Shown here piece after piece: positions 1-13,600 of a stretch of DNA of 64,000 nucleotides. Made by a program: the position numbers and the translations under genes. The stretch comes from Podarcis gaigeae. Its lineage: Eukaryota. The DNA lies in the NCBI GenBank assembly GCA_964106915.2, contig OZ066921.1, one strand, 5' to 3'. Below the pieces are notes generated by a model. That model was given only the letters and a program-made list of their open reading frames with translations. It searched no databases and was not told the origin of the DNA. Numbering within the stretch: the first letter of the stretch is position 1; every line of letters starts with the position of its first letter.

Positions 1-399
1 AGCACTGTCTCAGCCCCCACACCTGTGGCTCCTTCTGAATTGCTTGTTAAATTGAAAAACCAAGTCCCCCATTTAGAAGCAAAAGGGTGGTTGCAGCTCA
101 GGTTGGTTTTACCCTTTCTTTTGTTGGACCAAGGCCTTTAACCAAGGAAACAACAATCTCTGAATCCAGGGAGTTTGAGTAGACAGGAAAAAATGGATTG
201 CAAGTCTTTGCTTCTATTTACATCATGAAGCCCTTATCTTGGGCATAAAAACAACTGCTTTTTGCCTTAGCAGCTGGGAAACTTTGGAACCCCTGAAAAA
301 ATCTCACTCATTTCACAAACAACGACATTCCATGTGGAAACCCTTTCTTGTCTCTTCTCAGCCCCACCACCAAGTCTTCATCTTTGCAGAAGTAAGGCC

Positions 400-570
400 A
401 AAGGTGAGGTAAAGGATCCCTGGATGGTTAAGCCCAGTCCAAGGCAACTATGGGGAGCGGTGCTCATCTCCCATTTGTCCACAGACAGCTTTCCAGGTCA
501 TGTGGCCAGCATGACTAAACCGCTTCTGGCGCAATGGGACACTGTGATGAATGCCAGAGTGCATGGACCA
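400..570 (-). mobile_element. Partial Sauria SINE (3' part)
   Basis: Reverse of GTCATGCTGGCCACATGACC and ACCTTT-like tail. Confidence 0.65.
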
Positions 571-1127
571 TTAGCTGCCCAAATTCTATATTTTCCCTCT
601 TGCCCCCAATCTCTCCCCTACAGGACTACCAGCTTTCGCTCACTCTCAGCCCCCCTTTCCCCAATCTTGCTTTCGGAGATCTGCTCTTTGCTTTGCCCTT
701 TTCTCCTTCCTCATCTGCACTTCTGCTTTTTTGCTGGTATATAACTTGCCCATTCGCCAGCCATGCCCCCCCCCAAGTCTCCCACAGCTTTCTTTCCATT
801 CTTGCCCGAATCTTACCTAATGCCTATGCCTCAGAAAGTCAATACCCAAAAGCATTCTTCCTCCTCTGCAAACCTCTCTCTCTCTTCTGGCAGCTAACAG
901 CCCCAGTCACCATCCATTTCATCTTCTCACCTCACCTGTCACTCCTCCTTGCTTCAAGCTTCTTTCTCTAACATGCCCAGTTTTACCCCATCTAGGTCTG
1001 GCTTTGCATTTCTGCCTCTGCTTTTAGAACTGGCAAGCTTGGCCTGTAAGCTTCCACACTTTGAAAACTGAGTTACTGCTATTGCTAGTGTGCTCTTTAT
1101 GAAAGTCTGTGTCAATTGTTTCTGTAT

Positions 1128-1149
1128 AACACACATACACACACACACG

Positions 1150-1189
<40 letters not shown>

Positions 1190-1213
1190 GGAGGGAGGGA
1201 GGGAGAGAGGGAG
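1128..1213. repeat. Compound (CA)n(GA)n(GGGA)n microsatellite
   Basis: Seen directly. Confidence 0.95.
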
Positions 1214-1449
1214 GTACCTTGGTTTACAAACTTAATCTGTTCTGGAAGTCCATTCTTAAACCAAAACCATTCTTAAACCAAGGCACACTTTCCCAAGTGA
1301 GGCCTCCCGTCGCTGGTGCCCTCCCACCGTTTGGATTCTGTTCTTAGACCGAGGTAAAGTTCTCAAACCAAGACACTATTTCCGGTTTTTTGGAGTTTGT
1401 AAACCAAATCATTCTTAAACCGGACTGTTCTTAAACCGAGGTACCACTG
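1209..1449. mobile_element. Related Tc1/mariner MITE with eroded left TIR
   Basis: Right end AACCGAGGTACCACTG-TA; left end GGTACCTTGGTTT abuts a GA tract. Confidence 0.78.
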
Positions 1450-2121
1450 TATATGCGAATTATTTTATAGTACAATAAATTGCTTGAATGATACTCAGTG
1501 GCATAAAAGTGACAGCTTCAGGAGGCACTCAGGTCTCAAAGTCAAAAGATTCCGAGAGGAGAACCAAAGGTCTCCTATTGTTCACTCTGGACTTCAACTG
1601 CAGACCAGCTGCCTTGCTTCCCAGACATTCCCGCGACCTCCGATATTGAAGATTCTTCACCTCACCGGCCTTCCTCAGATTAACAAATGACCTTTATACA
1701 AAATGTGTGGCCTTTGTGATTTGTTGGAAGTGTTGCAAGGGTTGTTTGTGTTTTGTCTTGTTTTTATTGTATGTCTGATGAAAAACTCCTGATTTGGTAA
1801 CTGTCAAGTACATCCCATGAAAAAGCCCCGTGCTCATGCAGACAAAAACCTCAGCCGTCCAAGTTAAGGGCTACGCATGCAAGGGCTGCTTGAGCCCCGC
1901 AGCCTCTCACCCCTCCTGATTCCTCCTCTGGCTGTGCAGTTTTGAAGTTGGTTGCTTCAAATGAACAATAAGCTAACATTAACCACAGCGTGCAACCACA
2001 GCATGCCTGTCGAAGACAGCAGTTCCTCAGGGCTCATAACTACAAAGGTTATCATACATTTACAGAATGCTAGATGCTAGTCCTGGTGGATCTTAAAGTT
2101 AGCTTTAAGACTGAGACACTA

Positions 2122-2260
2122 TTCATAGAACTGTAGAGTTTGGAGGGACCTCTGAGAGCCATCTAGTCCAACCCCCTACAATGCAGGAATCTCAACTAAA
2201 GCACCCATTATAGATGGCCATCCAACCTCCACTTAAAAGCCTCCAGTGAAGGAGAGTCCT
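2122..2260 (-). mobile_element. CR1 LINE 3' tail
   Basis: Minus strand reads ...ggactagatggctctcagaggtccctccaaactctacagttctatga. Confidence 0.7.
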
Positions 2261-2859
2261 GGCTACAGGTGGTAAAATTACTAGCTGAGAAACTGAGGTA
2301 TTTCATGGAAAACAACTGATTGGTCAGGACTGCTTGGAACTTGCCATTTCCTGGGATTCATTTCCTGGGAACCCAGCATTTGGCCTAATTCAGCAGGACA
2401 CTCCTAAAGTTATTAAGCAATAAGAATGACCTGGGCACTCAGGTTCAATGAACAAAGGTAAGTTATGCCTTCACTCTTAAGAAAGCCCAAACACACAAAT
2501 TTCCTAAATAGCTTCATGCACACCTGAGGTGGGGTGGGGGAGGTGTCTAAATATGGAAGTGACAGCAATATGTTTTGTGAATTCTTTTAAGATGCCTAAT
2601 AGGAACGGATCCTAGGATTACCTTGTTATCTGAAATAGTCAATGAAATCAATATATTTTAGTTTGGCTAGAAATCTTGGCTACCAAAATGCCATTGCATG
2701 CCTCAGAATGGTAGAAAAAAACCACAATTATTTATTTCTTTTTATAGGAATTTATACCTCACCTGTCAATAAAATTTCCAAGCCTGCTTACAGTAATTAA
2801 TACATATCAATTAAAAATATACAAAAATATTCTAGGTACAATAAAACCATTATGAGTAA

Positions 2860-3430
2860 CCTGGTCAACTTCCAACTTAGTCCTAGTGTTATGAAAGAGG
2901 GAGAAAAACTTAGCTCTTTCCGCTTTCTCCAAGCCATGCGTAATTTTATAAACTTTCATCATGTTGCCTCTTACTCACCTTTTCTATAAACTAAAAAGAC
3001 TCAATTGCCGAAACATTTCTTCATAGGGGAGTCACTCCCATCCTCTTGGTCATTTTGGTTTCCCTTTGCTGAACCTTTTTCCAGCCCTACAATATCCTTT
3101 TTGAGGTGAGACAACCAGAACCATACATAGCATTCCAAATGCGATCACACCATAGATTTGTATACTGTAGAGGCATGATGATATTGGCAGTTTAATTTAA
3201 TGATCCCTAGCATAGAATATGCCTTTTCCACAAATGGTGTACACTGGGGTGACATCTTCATTGAGTTATGTACTGTGACCCCAAGGTTTCATTCCTGGTC
3301 AGTCACCATCCTGGGAGCGTAGCTGTGAAATCAGTATCTTTTTGCCCCAACGTGCATCATTTCACAGTTGTTACACCGAACTGCACTTGCCATTTTGCTG
3401 CTCATTCTCCATCTGGAGCTCCTCACAATC
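2860..3430 (-). mobile_element. CR1 LINE ORF2 C-terminal fragment
   Basis: Minus-strand CR1-like motifs (tatggtgtgatcgcatttggaatgctatgtatggttctgg; aaaaaggttcagcaaagggaaaccaaaatg). Confidence 0.7.
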
Positions 3431-5379
3431 TCTTCTTTTGAGTTGCAGTCCAAAATATCAAGAGGGCACCAGGTTGGGGGAAGATGCCCTGTCCCACAAA
3501 GCCTTATGCTTCCTTTATTCATTCCAACACAACCCTGCCTGTAATGTATTTAAAGGCAAGGATGTTTTTCTTCTTAAGGACATGCGAGTCAACCACTATG
3601 CCCTAGAATCAGGAGGTTTATCAACCAATTCAGCAGACGAACTGGCAAAAAGCACCTCCAGTGGAGTTTCCGTGTGGAGCCAGCACACATTAACCTACAC
3701 GTGCAATAGGCAAAATGGATCCCCTCCCCCACCCAGAGATTTAACTGCTGCAGCGCCTGGAAAGTGACCTGAATCCTAAAGGATGTCAAGCTGGTCAATC
3801 AACTCACTAACAGAATAGCTTAACAAGGCATGGCCAAAAGGCAAAAATAAGCTCAATGATTTAGCTCCAGAACAGGAAATAACTGGAATGTATGCAGAAA
3901 AAGAGAAAGAGAAAGTATGGTCCAGGATCTGGTCCAAAATAGTTTACATGTGCCACCCAAGGAAATGCAATCCTTAACATGAAAATGCTCTCCTCTCCTG
4001 GCTCAGAGGTGTTAGGCTTTTGCTGTTTCCCACTGACCTGTGATGACCCTTCAAGGGCTCCCATTCACCAGCACATTTCATATTTCAAGACTGAAGAGGA
4101 CAACTCTCAGTCTTCTATTCTCAGCATCTCATATCCTCCTGTCCTCCTTCCTCCTCCTCCTCTTCCACCTCTTCCTCCAGCAGGTCACTCTGATGCCCAC
4201 CCAACAGCCATCAATTGGTCCAGCTTGTATCCATGACAGCCTCTCCCTCCCTCCCCTTACATTATCTGCCAAGAGGCAAAGCAAGCTCTTCTCTCTATGG
4301 GCTCCTTCTTAAAACAGCAGCTGGAGGAATCCAGGGTAATCCCTGCAATGGGAGAGAGATTTGCTGCAAAAGCAGCTCTGGCACAGCTGGAAGCAGTTTG
4401 CACTTCCCACCCCTCAGCAAAATCCCCAGAGCGGCTTACAAAAGGGGGACTTGGGGCAAGAAAACTCACTTGAAGCATCTCTCCCCACCCACCCACTCAC
4501 TGCACCTCAAAAGCTATGTATGCCGCCGCCACCAACCACATCTGGCTATGGATTATGAATATTTAAACGGCTCAGATAGGCAGCACCTTCTTGAAGTTGG
4601 TTCTGCAGTACTGGCAAAGAGACCAAAACCACAACACAGCTACCATGCATATACAAAAACTAGCATGGCAGGGCATGCCTCAACATGCTAGCTTTCTCTG
4701 TGGTGGGAGTTTGTTCAGGCGGCATCAAGTCCTCTAGATATAGATTGAAGGTGGGCAGAAGGATCCAGGCAATGCTTTTTTACTCCCAGTTGTTTAACAA
4801 TATTAGCCACCCCACTCCCACAAAGTATATTGCAGTAATGAAGAACGCTTGTGATCACCACAATGGATTTTTACATGGAACGACTGTGCAGTCCATCCAG
4901 TTTTAGTACTCAGAAGAAAATCTTGGGCTCAGAATTCTTTAATGCTATTTCTTTTGCAACAGTCTGAAGCCTGATTCATATCTTGGGGTTCTTTTAAAAA
5001 AAGATAGCAATGACTGATGGAGAATGTGACTGGCTCCTATGTACAGTCATGGTGGCTAACCAGCTCTTATTCCAGGACTGGAAAGAACAGCCACTCTCTG
5101 CCCAGTTCAATAGTGCAATGGCCGGAGGATGTGACTTGACTGTGCTGCATATGAGGAAGCAGCTTTCCACAAATTAAGACAAGATGGAAAGGTCTCAGGT
5201 GTATCAATCTCATATATGGACATGTTTCCTTCAGGCTGTATGAAGGACACTCTGGAAGTCACATCAAGTGCACACCCTCCTCAACATTTTTTTTTATCCA
5301 CTCCCCCCAGCACCCAAAGGGTTGCCTGTATAAAACATCAAAAAGAAAAACTTGAAATGAATTTTTTAAAAGAGGGCGT

Positions 5380-5715
5380 TGGCCAAATAGAGTGTGCCCA
5401 GAAGAGGAAGACCAGGATGGTGGCCAGGGACCCCTCTGAGGAACAGCGGAAAGAGCTGGGCTATGGTTAGCCTGGCAAAGAGAGGTTTCCAATGGGAGTG
5501 GGGATCCCATGAGAGCTGCGTAGAACCAAGTGGCAGAAATTGCATGGAAGCAGGTTTCAGCTATGCTAATGGGAAAAGCTATTTTTCAATAGGGGAACAG
5601 GCTGTCTGGGCCACCTGCCAGGGAGTCTTCACCTGGATCCTGCATTGCAGATCTGGCAAACAGCATGGGGTAGGGCCAGAGGGCCTTCAAGGCCCCTTCC
5701 AACTCTTATTTTATT
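5380..5715 (+). mobile_element. CR1 LINE 3' fragment
   Basis: cagaagaggaagaccaggatgg...aaagagctgggc...ttagcctgg; tail ggccccttccaactct. Confidence 0.65.
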
Positions 5716-6149
5716 ACCCCAATCTGCTATCAACAACATTCTCTATTTACAAAAGACTTGGTGCTAACAGCAGTGAAAGTGGAGATGCCTAAGTACTGGA
5801 AAAGTGCCTTGGGCTACGCAGTGCAAAGCTGGATCTTGCAACTTTGGCAGGGTGCGTCAACTGAAAAACCAAATTAATATGATGATTCCACAAGCAAGAC
5901 AATTAAAAAATAATAATGGTTCCAATCTGTCTCATGCATAAATAGCAGGATGCAGAACCTCTTTTCCCCCATCAGCAATCTGTCTTTCGGGAAACTCCTT
6001 ACATAGCACATAGGATAACCATGTTTCTTTTGACACTTCCAAAAGTAACTCCTGATTCTACAGAGCATGTTAAACGACATTCTAAGATTAGCTGAATCCC
6101 TTTTGCATGTTTTGTACAGGTGTTGTGTTTGTTTACAAATACTTATTTT

Positions 6150-7110
6150 CAGTGGAGCAGGCGGAGAACAGAGGAAGATCCAGGAAACTACTTTGATATT
6201 GAGGAAGATCTCCGATAACATCAAGGAACACTGGACGAAGCTAAAAAATCCATTATTGCAGCCTGTGAAGAAACTATTGGATACCAAACCAAGAAACTGG
6301 TTTGATGAGAGTGACAGTGACCACATTATTGACAAGAAAAGGAAGGCTTTCAAATCTGGCAAAGAGATAGAAACTGTGCCACTAAGAAAAAAACCCTATG
6401 CCAACGCTAATGCTGAGGTTCAATGAAGAACCAGAGAACTAAAGAACAGGAGGTGGATAAAAAAAAAAGCTCAAGAGATCCAGTACTTAGCTGACACTCA
6501 TGATGCACAGAGTTTCTTTAAGGCCACAAAGACCTTCTATGGGCCAATAAATCATGGCATAGGCCCCCTTCTCTCAACAGACAGTACCACACTTCTAAAA
6601 GATAAAGAAGCTATTGCACTGCACTGTAAAGAACATTGCCAGCATCTCCTTAGCTGCAACTCCCCTGTAGCTGCTGAGGTCCTCTCACAAATTCCCAAAA
6701 ACAAATTAGAGATGAGCTTGCGGTATCTCCAAAACCATTAAACAAATGAAAAACAACAAAGCCAGTGGACCTGATGCGATACCTGCCATAGTCTTCAAAG
6801 TGGACAGAATTGTGCTTACACAACTTCGCAAGCTCATCATAAAAAGAGAGAGAGGAGATCCCAGCAGACTTTAGGCATACCAAAATTATCAATCTCTTTT
6901 TTAAAAAAGGTGATAGAACGGATTGCGGAAACTATTGAGGCATCTTGATTATTAAGCTGCAGCCGGCAAAATTCTTGCAAGTATCTTAACAAACCATCTC
7001 CTGACAATATCCAAAGCTACCCTTCCTGAATCCCAAAATGGTTTTCGACCTTCTAGGGGGACAGTGGACATGATTTTCACAGCTTGACAGCTTCAAGAAG
7101 AATGCACCCA
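6150..7110 (+). mobile_element. Decayed RTE-clade LINE ORF fragment (N-terminal RT region)
   Basis: Broken-frame peptides NWFDESD, NNKASGPDAIP, KKGDRTDCGNY, LPESQNGFRPSRGTVDMIFT. Confidence 0.8.
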
Positions 7111-9254
7111 TTGTTCCGATTCAGCACTAAACCATGTGTTTTCCTGGGGGAAAGCAGTGGGGCAAATGGAGGTGTAGATGAGCCCAGAGTCTGAGCCTGT
7201 TGTCAAGAGAGATGCACTCAGGGTTGCCCTCCATTCAAGTGAGAGCTGCAGCAAAAGAAAAGAGGCTAAGAAAGGAAGTGGCCCTCAAAAAAGGAAAAGG
7301 AAAAATTGGGCCTGGTCTTACTGCCTTCTAAACAGCCACCTTATCAGACCAACTACAGGCATTTCCTGCCCTGGGATGCAGGGGTCCTGTTGACCGCTGC
7401 TGACCAGAATCAGCTGCACTGGGTACTCTCAGTTCTTTTGCTTCCTGAAGGCTCAATCCAGCCTCCAGCATGGAACAGGCTTATGGTGATTACAATACAA
7501 CTTTTCTGCTCTTCTCCATCACTTTCATGAAGAATCCTAGGAGCTAAAACTTGCTCTTAAATGCAGTCTGATGCATTCTGGGCCTGCTGCTTCATTATCA
7601 GTTTGCCCTCTCTGTCATTCCATATGCTGGACACTAGGTGCAAATGAACTGTCCCCTCATGCAGACTAGATGATCTAGCCTCGCTGCCCTGGACTTTCTT
7701 CTTTTGTCCAACAAGAACAGAGGGGATGGCTCCTTTCAGGCCAAATGATTTTGCTGGGTGCCAAAAGGGAAGCCCTTCTTCAATTTTCATTCCGAAAACA
7801 TGTGTTTCCCCAATATAAGCACTGAGCTTGGACATCTGGTAGGGAAGGGGTGGTGGAAGATCACGGAGGGTTAGCAGCCTATAACAGTTTCTGCAGAAAC
7901 AGTCACCTTCTCCAGAGGGCCCATGCTGCATACTGAATCCATTGTGCCATCACTTAAGAGGAGGTTCCTCCTTTTTCTCATAACAGTTGCTGCAGAAAAG
8001 CAACACTAGACTTGAGTGTGCATCTGGCACACTTTCTGGGAGGAGGAGGAACCCCACCTCCTTTTCATGGTGCTGCACTGCAGCAAGAAGCAGCTCTGCT
8101 GGAGCCGTTGGAACCCTTCCATTGGCTGGATATGAGCCTGCGGACTCCACCAGGTGGAAAGGAAACTGCCAATTGAGGGGGAATTTGAGCCAACCACAGA
8201 TAAATCCGAGGCAGCTTGGCAAGGCCTTGGCCCAGGGGGAGAGAGAGGGCAAGGCAGGAGGGGAGCAGTCAGAAAGAGTGTCTACCAAGAGGGGTGGGAA
8301 GCTGACCTAGAAGGACCTCTGGTCAGATCCAGCTGCAGGGCTCTTCCTATAGGATGCGATACAATATGCAGATTGGCACAACAATAAAATGGAAGAGATG
8401 GAGGGAAGCAAGTTCTTTAGCTTCTTAGAGAAAGGGTGAGCGATAGAATAAAATGTATCATTAGGATTATGAGTAATTAATTTTTTATGCTGCCCTCCAT
8501 CTGTAGATCACAGGGTGGTTTACAACTTAAATAAAGGTTATGCTGAAACAAACCCCGACATTTCATTTGCATGGAGTTCCTACACTGAGTGGGGACCGGC
8601 AAACAGATTGACATGTGGTGCTGGCCAGAAGGAACTTCGCACACCAAGTCGCTTTAGAATTGGAACAGAGTCATTCTAAGAGAAGATCACACTCTGGTAA
8701 TGTTTTCAGCTCCCTCTTTACTTAAAACACTCTCTGATTGGGGGCAGGAGTTACAGTGCAAGTTAGGGGTTTGAAGTAACCGCTGGTATTTAAACTTTCC
8801 AATGAAGTCACTTTTGCCACATGATTCAGGCTTACTCCACATCCTCCTGTGTAGATGAACAAGGCTTGGCTGCTCACAGGAGCAGGAGGCAGCGGCGGTG
8901 GCAGCCAAACAGAGCCAAGAGCCTACTCTCTATCCACAGGAAAATCAGGAGACTGAAGAGAGGCTGCATGAATAGCAAAACCGCAAACCTCACAGTACCT
9001 GGAGGAAAGTGGCTGCTAAATGGGCATGTACATTTCCCATGTGTCCCCCTCCTTCCTCAGTTCTCTGTGCTCTTGAAAGAGCTCCTCCTCCTCTTAAGTC
9101 TGTGTGGGCCAATGAAACCAATAATGAAACCCTTTTAAAAGGTTTCTGGACAGAGAGTGAGTGCCTGGGGATTTTCATACATATTGAGAAGTTTCAGAAA
9201 TATGAGCCATACATAGTAACATTGCCTGAGTATAGATTTCTCCAGCTCATTCTA

Positions 9255-9287
<33 letters not shown>

Positions 9288-9304
9288 AATGTTGTTGTTG
9301 TTGT
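9255..9304. repeat. (GAT)n(GTT)n microsatellite
   Basis: Seen directly. Confidence 0.95.
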
Positions 9305-9427
9305 TAAGTGAGTTGAAGTGTCCAACTGGATTATCCTTCAAGGTTAACTGTTGCAATTAGAATTAACTGCCCACTATAATCACACTGGGCACCACAGAAC
9401 AGAGATTCAATTGTACAGTTTAAAGTA

Positions 9428-9655
9428 CAGTGGTACCTTGGGTTAAGTACTTAATTCATTCCGGAGGTCTGTTCTCAACCTGAAACTGTTCTTAACCTGA
9501 AGCACCACTTTAGCTAATGGGGCCTGCTGCTGCTGCCGCCGCGCCGCCAGAGCACAATTTCTGTTCTCATCCTGAAGCAAGTTCTTAACCAGAGGTACTA
9601 TTTCTGGGTTAGCGGAGTCTGTAACCTGAAGCGTATGTAACCCAAGGTACCACTG
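9428..9655. mobile_element. Tc1/mariner (Tigger/pogo-like) MITE
   Basis: TA-CAGTGGTACCTTGGGTTA ... TAACCCAAGGTACCACTG-TA. Confidence 0.88.
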
Positions 9656-10488
9656 TACTTTATGCAGGTGGAATGTGTGGCTGCCGCTGCCCAGCAAGAG
9701 CCTTTAACGTTTTCATTGTCCCCTCCTCTGGAGCTCTGGCACACAGATCTAGAAAAGGGTGGGGGTGGGGGGAAGGCACCTATACAGTCAGACCTAAAGA
9801 CCCCCACAAGAATCTGCTGCTAAAAATCGATGACTTTGTGTTGCGCTGAAGTTAACTAAGATGGCTCTTGTGCCATCCAGCTCTCTACAAAAGCACTGCA
9901 CAGAAACAGATCTGAGTGCAATGCAGATCACACACTTGTCCATCAGTACCCCTAGAAGCATTATCTCTCACACACATAAAAAGAGCAAGGAGGCCTCTTA
10001 ACTGCAACAGCTACTGAAAAGACCAAATACGAATTTGGCCATCAACTGTCTTCTCGAGAACCTGACCTCTGGTTTTGAAGGCCATGCTCCAAAGGCCAGA
10101 AGTACATTTTGCACTTTTGCTATTGGCTCCCTTGCACTCCGTGCAGATGTAAGATTTGCAATTTAGATGTCACATAGAAAATAAAGAAGCAATTAAAGTG
10201 AGGAAAAACTTTGAACTCTTTTCTTTTCCCCTCTCAGGTAAGAACCCTGGGCAAACTTTTACTGCACCTCAGCTAGCCTGTGAAACTGCCTTGGGGCTGG
10301 ATCTACGAACTTAGCCATGCTTGAATGGTTTAAATTGTTTATTTTAAAATATGTATTTGCTGCTTTTCTGACATGGGTTCAAGGCAACTGCAAACAACTG
10401 ATGAACCACAATTTTTTTTTTAAAAAAAACTTAGCTAGAAGATGTTCTCAGCCATTCAGAAAAAAACTCCCACGGAGAAATCCTAGAG

Positions 10489-10626
10489 CAGCCTTCCCGC
10501 ATCTGGTGCCCTCCAGATGTTTTAGGCCACAACTGCCATCCGCCCCAGCATCATACACCTGTGCTGGTGAGAACTGATGTGAGTTGTAGTCCAAAAGATC
10601 CAGAGGGCACCAGACTAGGATAGGCT
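10489..10626. mobile_element. Short palindromic hAT-like MITE
   Basis: CAGCCTTCC..TGGTGCCCTCCAGATG ... GAGGGCACCAG..GGCTG inverted ends; degenerate relatives near 3430, 13770, 20240, 23070, 27500, 33520, 38670, 57355. Confidence 0.6.
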
Positions 10627-13600
10627 GTGCTAGAAGCAGGCAAGGAAAAGTTGTGACAATCCTTTCAAATTATAAGAAGAACAAATCCTCAGTTCCAGAG
10701 GGAGAGAGTGCCGTCTTAGCAACAGATGCTCTAATGAAGCAGGATCTGGTTGGGTAAACAAAGAAAGCAATAGAGATGACTTATGTCAGAGGCATCTGCG
10801 TACTAGACTATGAGAATCTTTATAGGTTAAGCACAAGGACCTTGAACTGGGCCAATGAGCTGTGGTGCCAACCCCTCCTCTGTAACTGAAGGAGGAAAAG
10901 ATGCTCCTTGCTTCTTCGCTCTGACATTTAACAGATGGGCTGCAGAATTTTGCATCTCCCATGTCATCATCAAGGGCAGCCCCACATGAAGCATACCAAA
11001 GCAGTCAAGCTCAGCAGTTGCAAAAGTATGGGTCAAAGTGGCAGGCCCCATCATCTAAGAGGAGGTGCAGTGTGCACAGATGCTCTAGAAACAACAAAAA
11101 TCCAGAGACAATTCAGAAAATTCCTGAGCGCCTCAAGCTGTCTGCTGCCCCCTCAGTGCAGGTTTGGTTTGCAGCCCTTGGCATCGTCAGGAGCACAGCA
11201 GGCTCCAGATGACCCCACGGCTGCCAGTCTATATTGATGGAGCAACAGCCAGCTTGGTGTTACACAGTAACTTTTCTCACACTCTCTAAAATGTCTTTGC
11301 CTTTGCCTTTTACATCTTGCAACAGTAGGTTTCAACCAGGACTTTAATTAAAAGAAACCACCAGGCTTGTTACTCTGCCATGTACGCTTTTGTGCTTGGG
11401 ATCTTGCAGATTTTATCATGCAGTGACTTCAGGGGTTTTGGTAACATGATGTGCGTTGCATTGCCCACATACTAAAACAAGTGTGCTCATCAACTTGCTT
11501 ATTTTCAACTGCAAGTCTGAACTGGCTCCTGAGTCTAAGATGGGAGCCAACTGGGTGCTAATATTTTTTCATTAAAACCCTTCCAGCCCAATCCTTGAAC
11601 CTGCAGTCTGAGAAACTCGACAAGGTTGGACCCCCAACTCTTTGTAAAGCACACCATGCCACACAAACACAACAAGTGGGAGGCTATGCCAACAGTGCAG
11701 ATATGTCAGTAAAAGAATATTTTATACTGTGGTGTTTTGAAAGCAGTGACAGCCACAGAAGTGTTTCCCTCACTAAGCACTTCTGTTCTGGGCCCACATC
11801 CATCACAGAAGCATCACATAAACTATGCTCAGAGATTAGGATGCAGTTGCCCCACAGCTTTGACTCCAACCATCTTATTGGGCACTATCCAATGCAGCTT
11901 CTGGGCAGTCACAGAACCTGCTGTCTGGCACAGAATTTGGCATCCTGGAAAAACCTGAGCTTTAATTTAAAAGTATCCAGGCACATGTTTTATGAAAATA
12001 TCAAGCCGCTCCCCCTGGACCCTCCTAATTTCATTAACCCTTTTCTTGGTTTCCCTCAGTATCCATTTAGGAAATCTGAATCATGGAGCACTACAGGAAA
12101 CTCTTAAGTGACAGCACAGGAAAAACTTTCTGGGAGCAGTAGCAAGCACAGCATGATCAAATTCAACATGTCTGTGAGTGAAAGAATATCTAGAAAGTCT
12201 TACTCAAGTCGTATTTAATTTCAGGACAGAGAATTACTCGACAATGAAGGATCTGTAAAAGAGATGTTACATGGAAGAATTAAAATCCATTAAGGAAACT
12301 TGGAAGTTCTTTTGAAACGACTATAGTAGAGGCTCAGATAGTATGTATCACAGAGGAACAAGAGTTCAGCATACTGCATAATGAAGCATTTTGTCTATAT
12401 ATTCATTTGATTTAAGATCCTCTTCATCAAATAATTCAGTGTTGGTTTTAATTGAACATTAATAATATTATCATGGACTAGATGTGCTTCATTCACTCAC
12501 TTTTTAACTGGTCTTTAACTAACTTATGCAAAGCCTTTGGGGGGGAAGGAAATATTTGTGCAATAGTGTTTAAATACAAGAAGGTGCAAATTCAAAAATA
12601 TACAAGCTGCCATTCTACTGCATCTACTAACAGTCAACTGCAACTCTGCCTGGGGTTATGGAAGTCATAAGAATGGGGGGGGGGGGGAAGAGTGCAAAGC
12701 ATTTTGCCCTTGAATGAGAACAAAAAGGAACACAAACCCTGAGCAGACAAGTGCATACTGCAAACAGGAAATTAAGACATTTGAAGTGTTATTTCCTAAA
12801 GGCATAAAGACAACCAAATTAAATACCTCAGGAAATGGAAGCCAGCCAGGGCCATGATGGCAAAGGGCTGCTGGAGAGCAGAAATTGCAGGGAGAAGCTG
12901 TGTCAACTCTTTCTATCCGTCTTCACTGTGCAAAATGCTGGAGAGAGAAACCCATCGGAACCAGCTTTAAATAGCAAGCCTAGTCGCTATAGGCAACAAG
13001 GAATTCCATGCTGGCAAGTGAGTGGGCTGGTGGGGAGAGAGATCACTGCATGGCTTGGTTTTTGTTGTAGACACAGAGGAGAGGGAAGCCAAAACAGAAA
13101 CACAACAACAGGCTAGCGGAGGAGCAGATCCAAGCCCACTTGCTTTCTGTGCTGAGCTGTGAAGGAAAGTCAGTTCCCTTGTGGCTACCAGCACAGAAAG
13201 CAAATGGGTTGGCCCAATGGCTCAAGGGCAGCAGAATGATCTCTCCCTCCCTCCTCCCCCAGTCTGCTTACTAGACAGCCGGGAATCCTCCAGGGCAGGC
13301 TCTTAGCAGTCTCTTAGCAGACTAGAGACTTTTGTGGGCTCATTTACAAGGCTGACCTGAAACACAGGATTCGGTGGTGCTCTGTATCAAGATGCAAAAA
13401 TTTGATACATAGGACGTTAAGAAGTCGGAGCTCTTTTAAAAACTAGGCCTCAGGGTCATGCAATGAAGTTTACTGACAGCAGATTGTTAAGTAAGGATAA
13501 AAGTCCATTCAGTCACGCAAAACAAACCATCAGCTTATGGGCAGCCCCTCACCTCAAGGGGCAATGATTGCCACTGACATAGGCCTTCCCTCTGTAGGTT

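Noticed and set aside
6067-6426. 119-aa ORF as a host gene
   Set aside because: Part of a frameshifted RTE LINE ORF.
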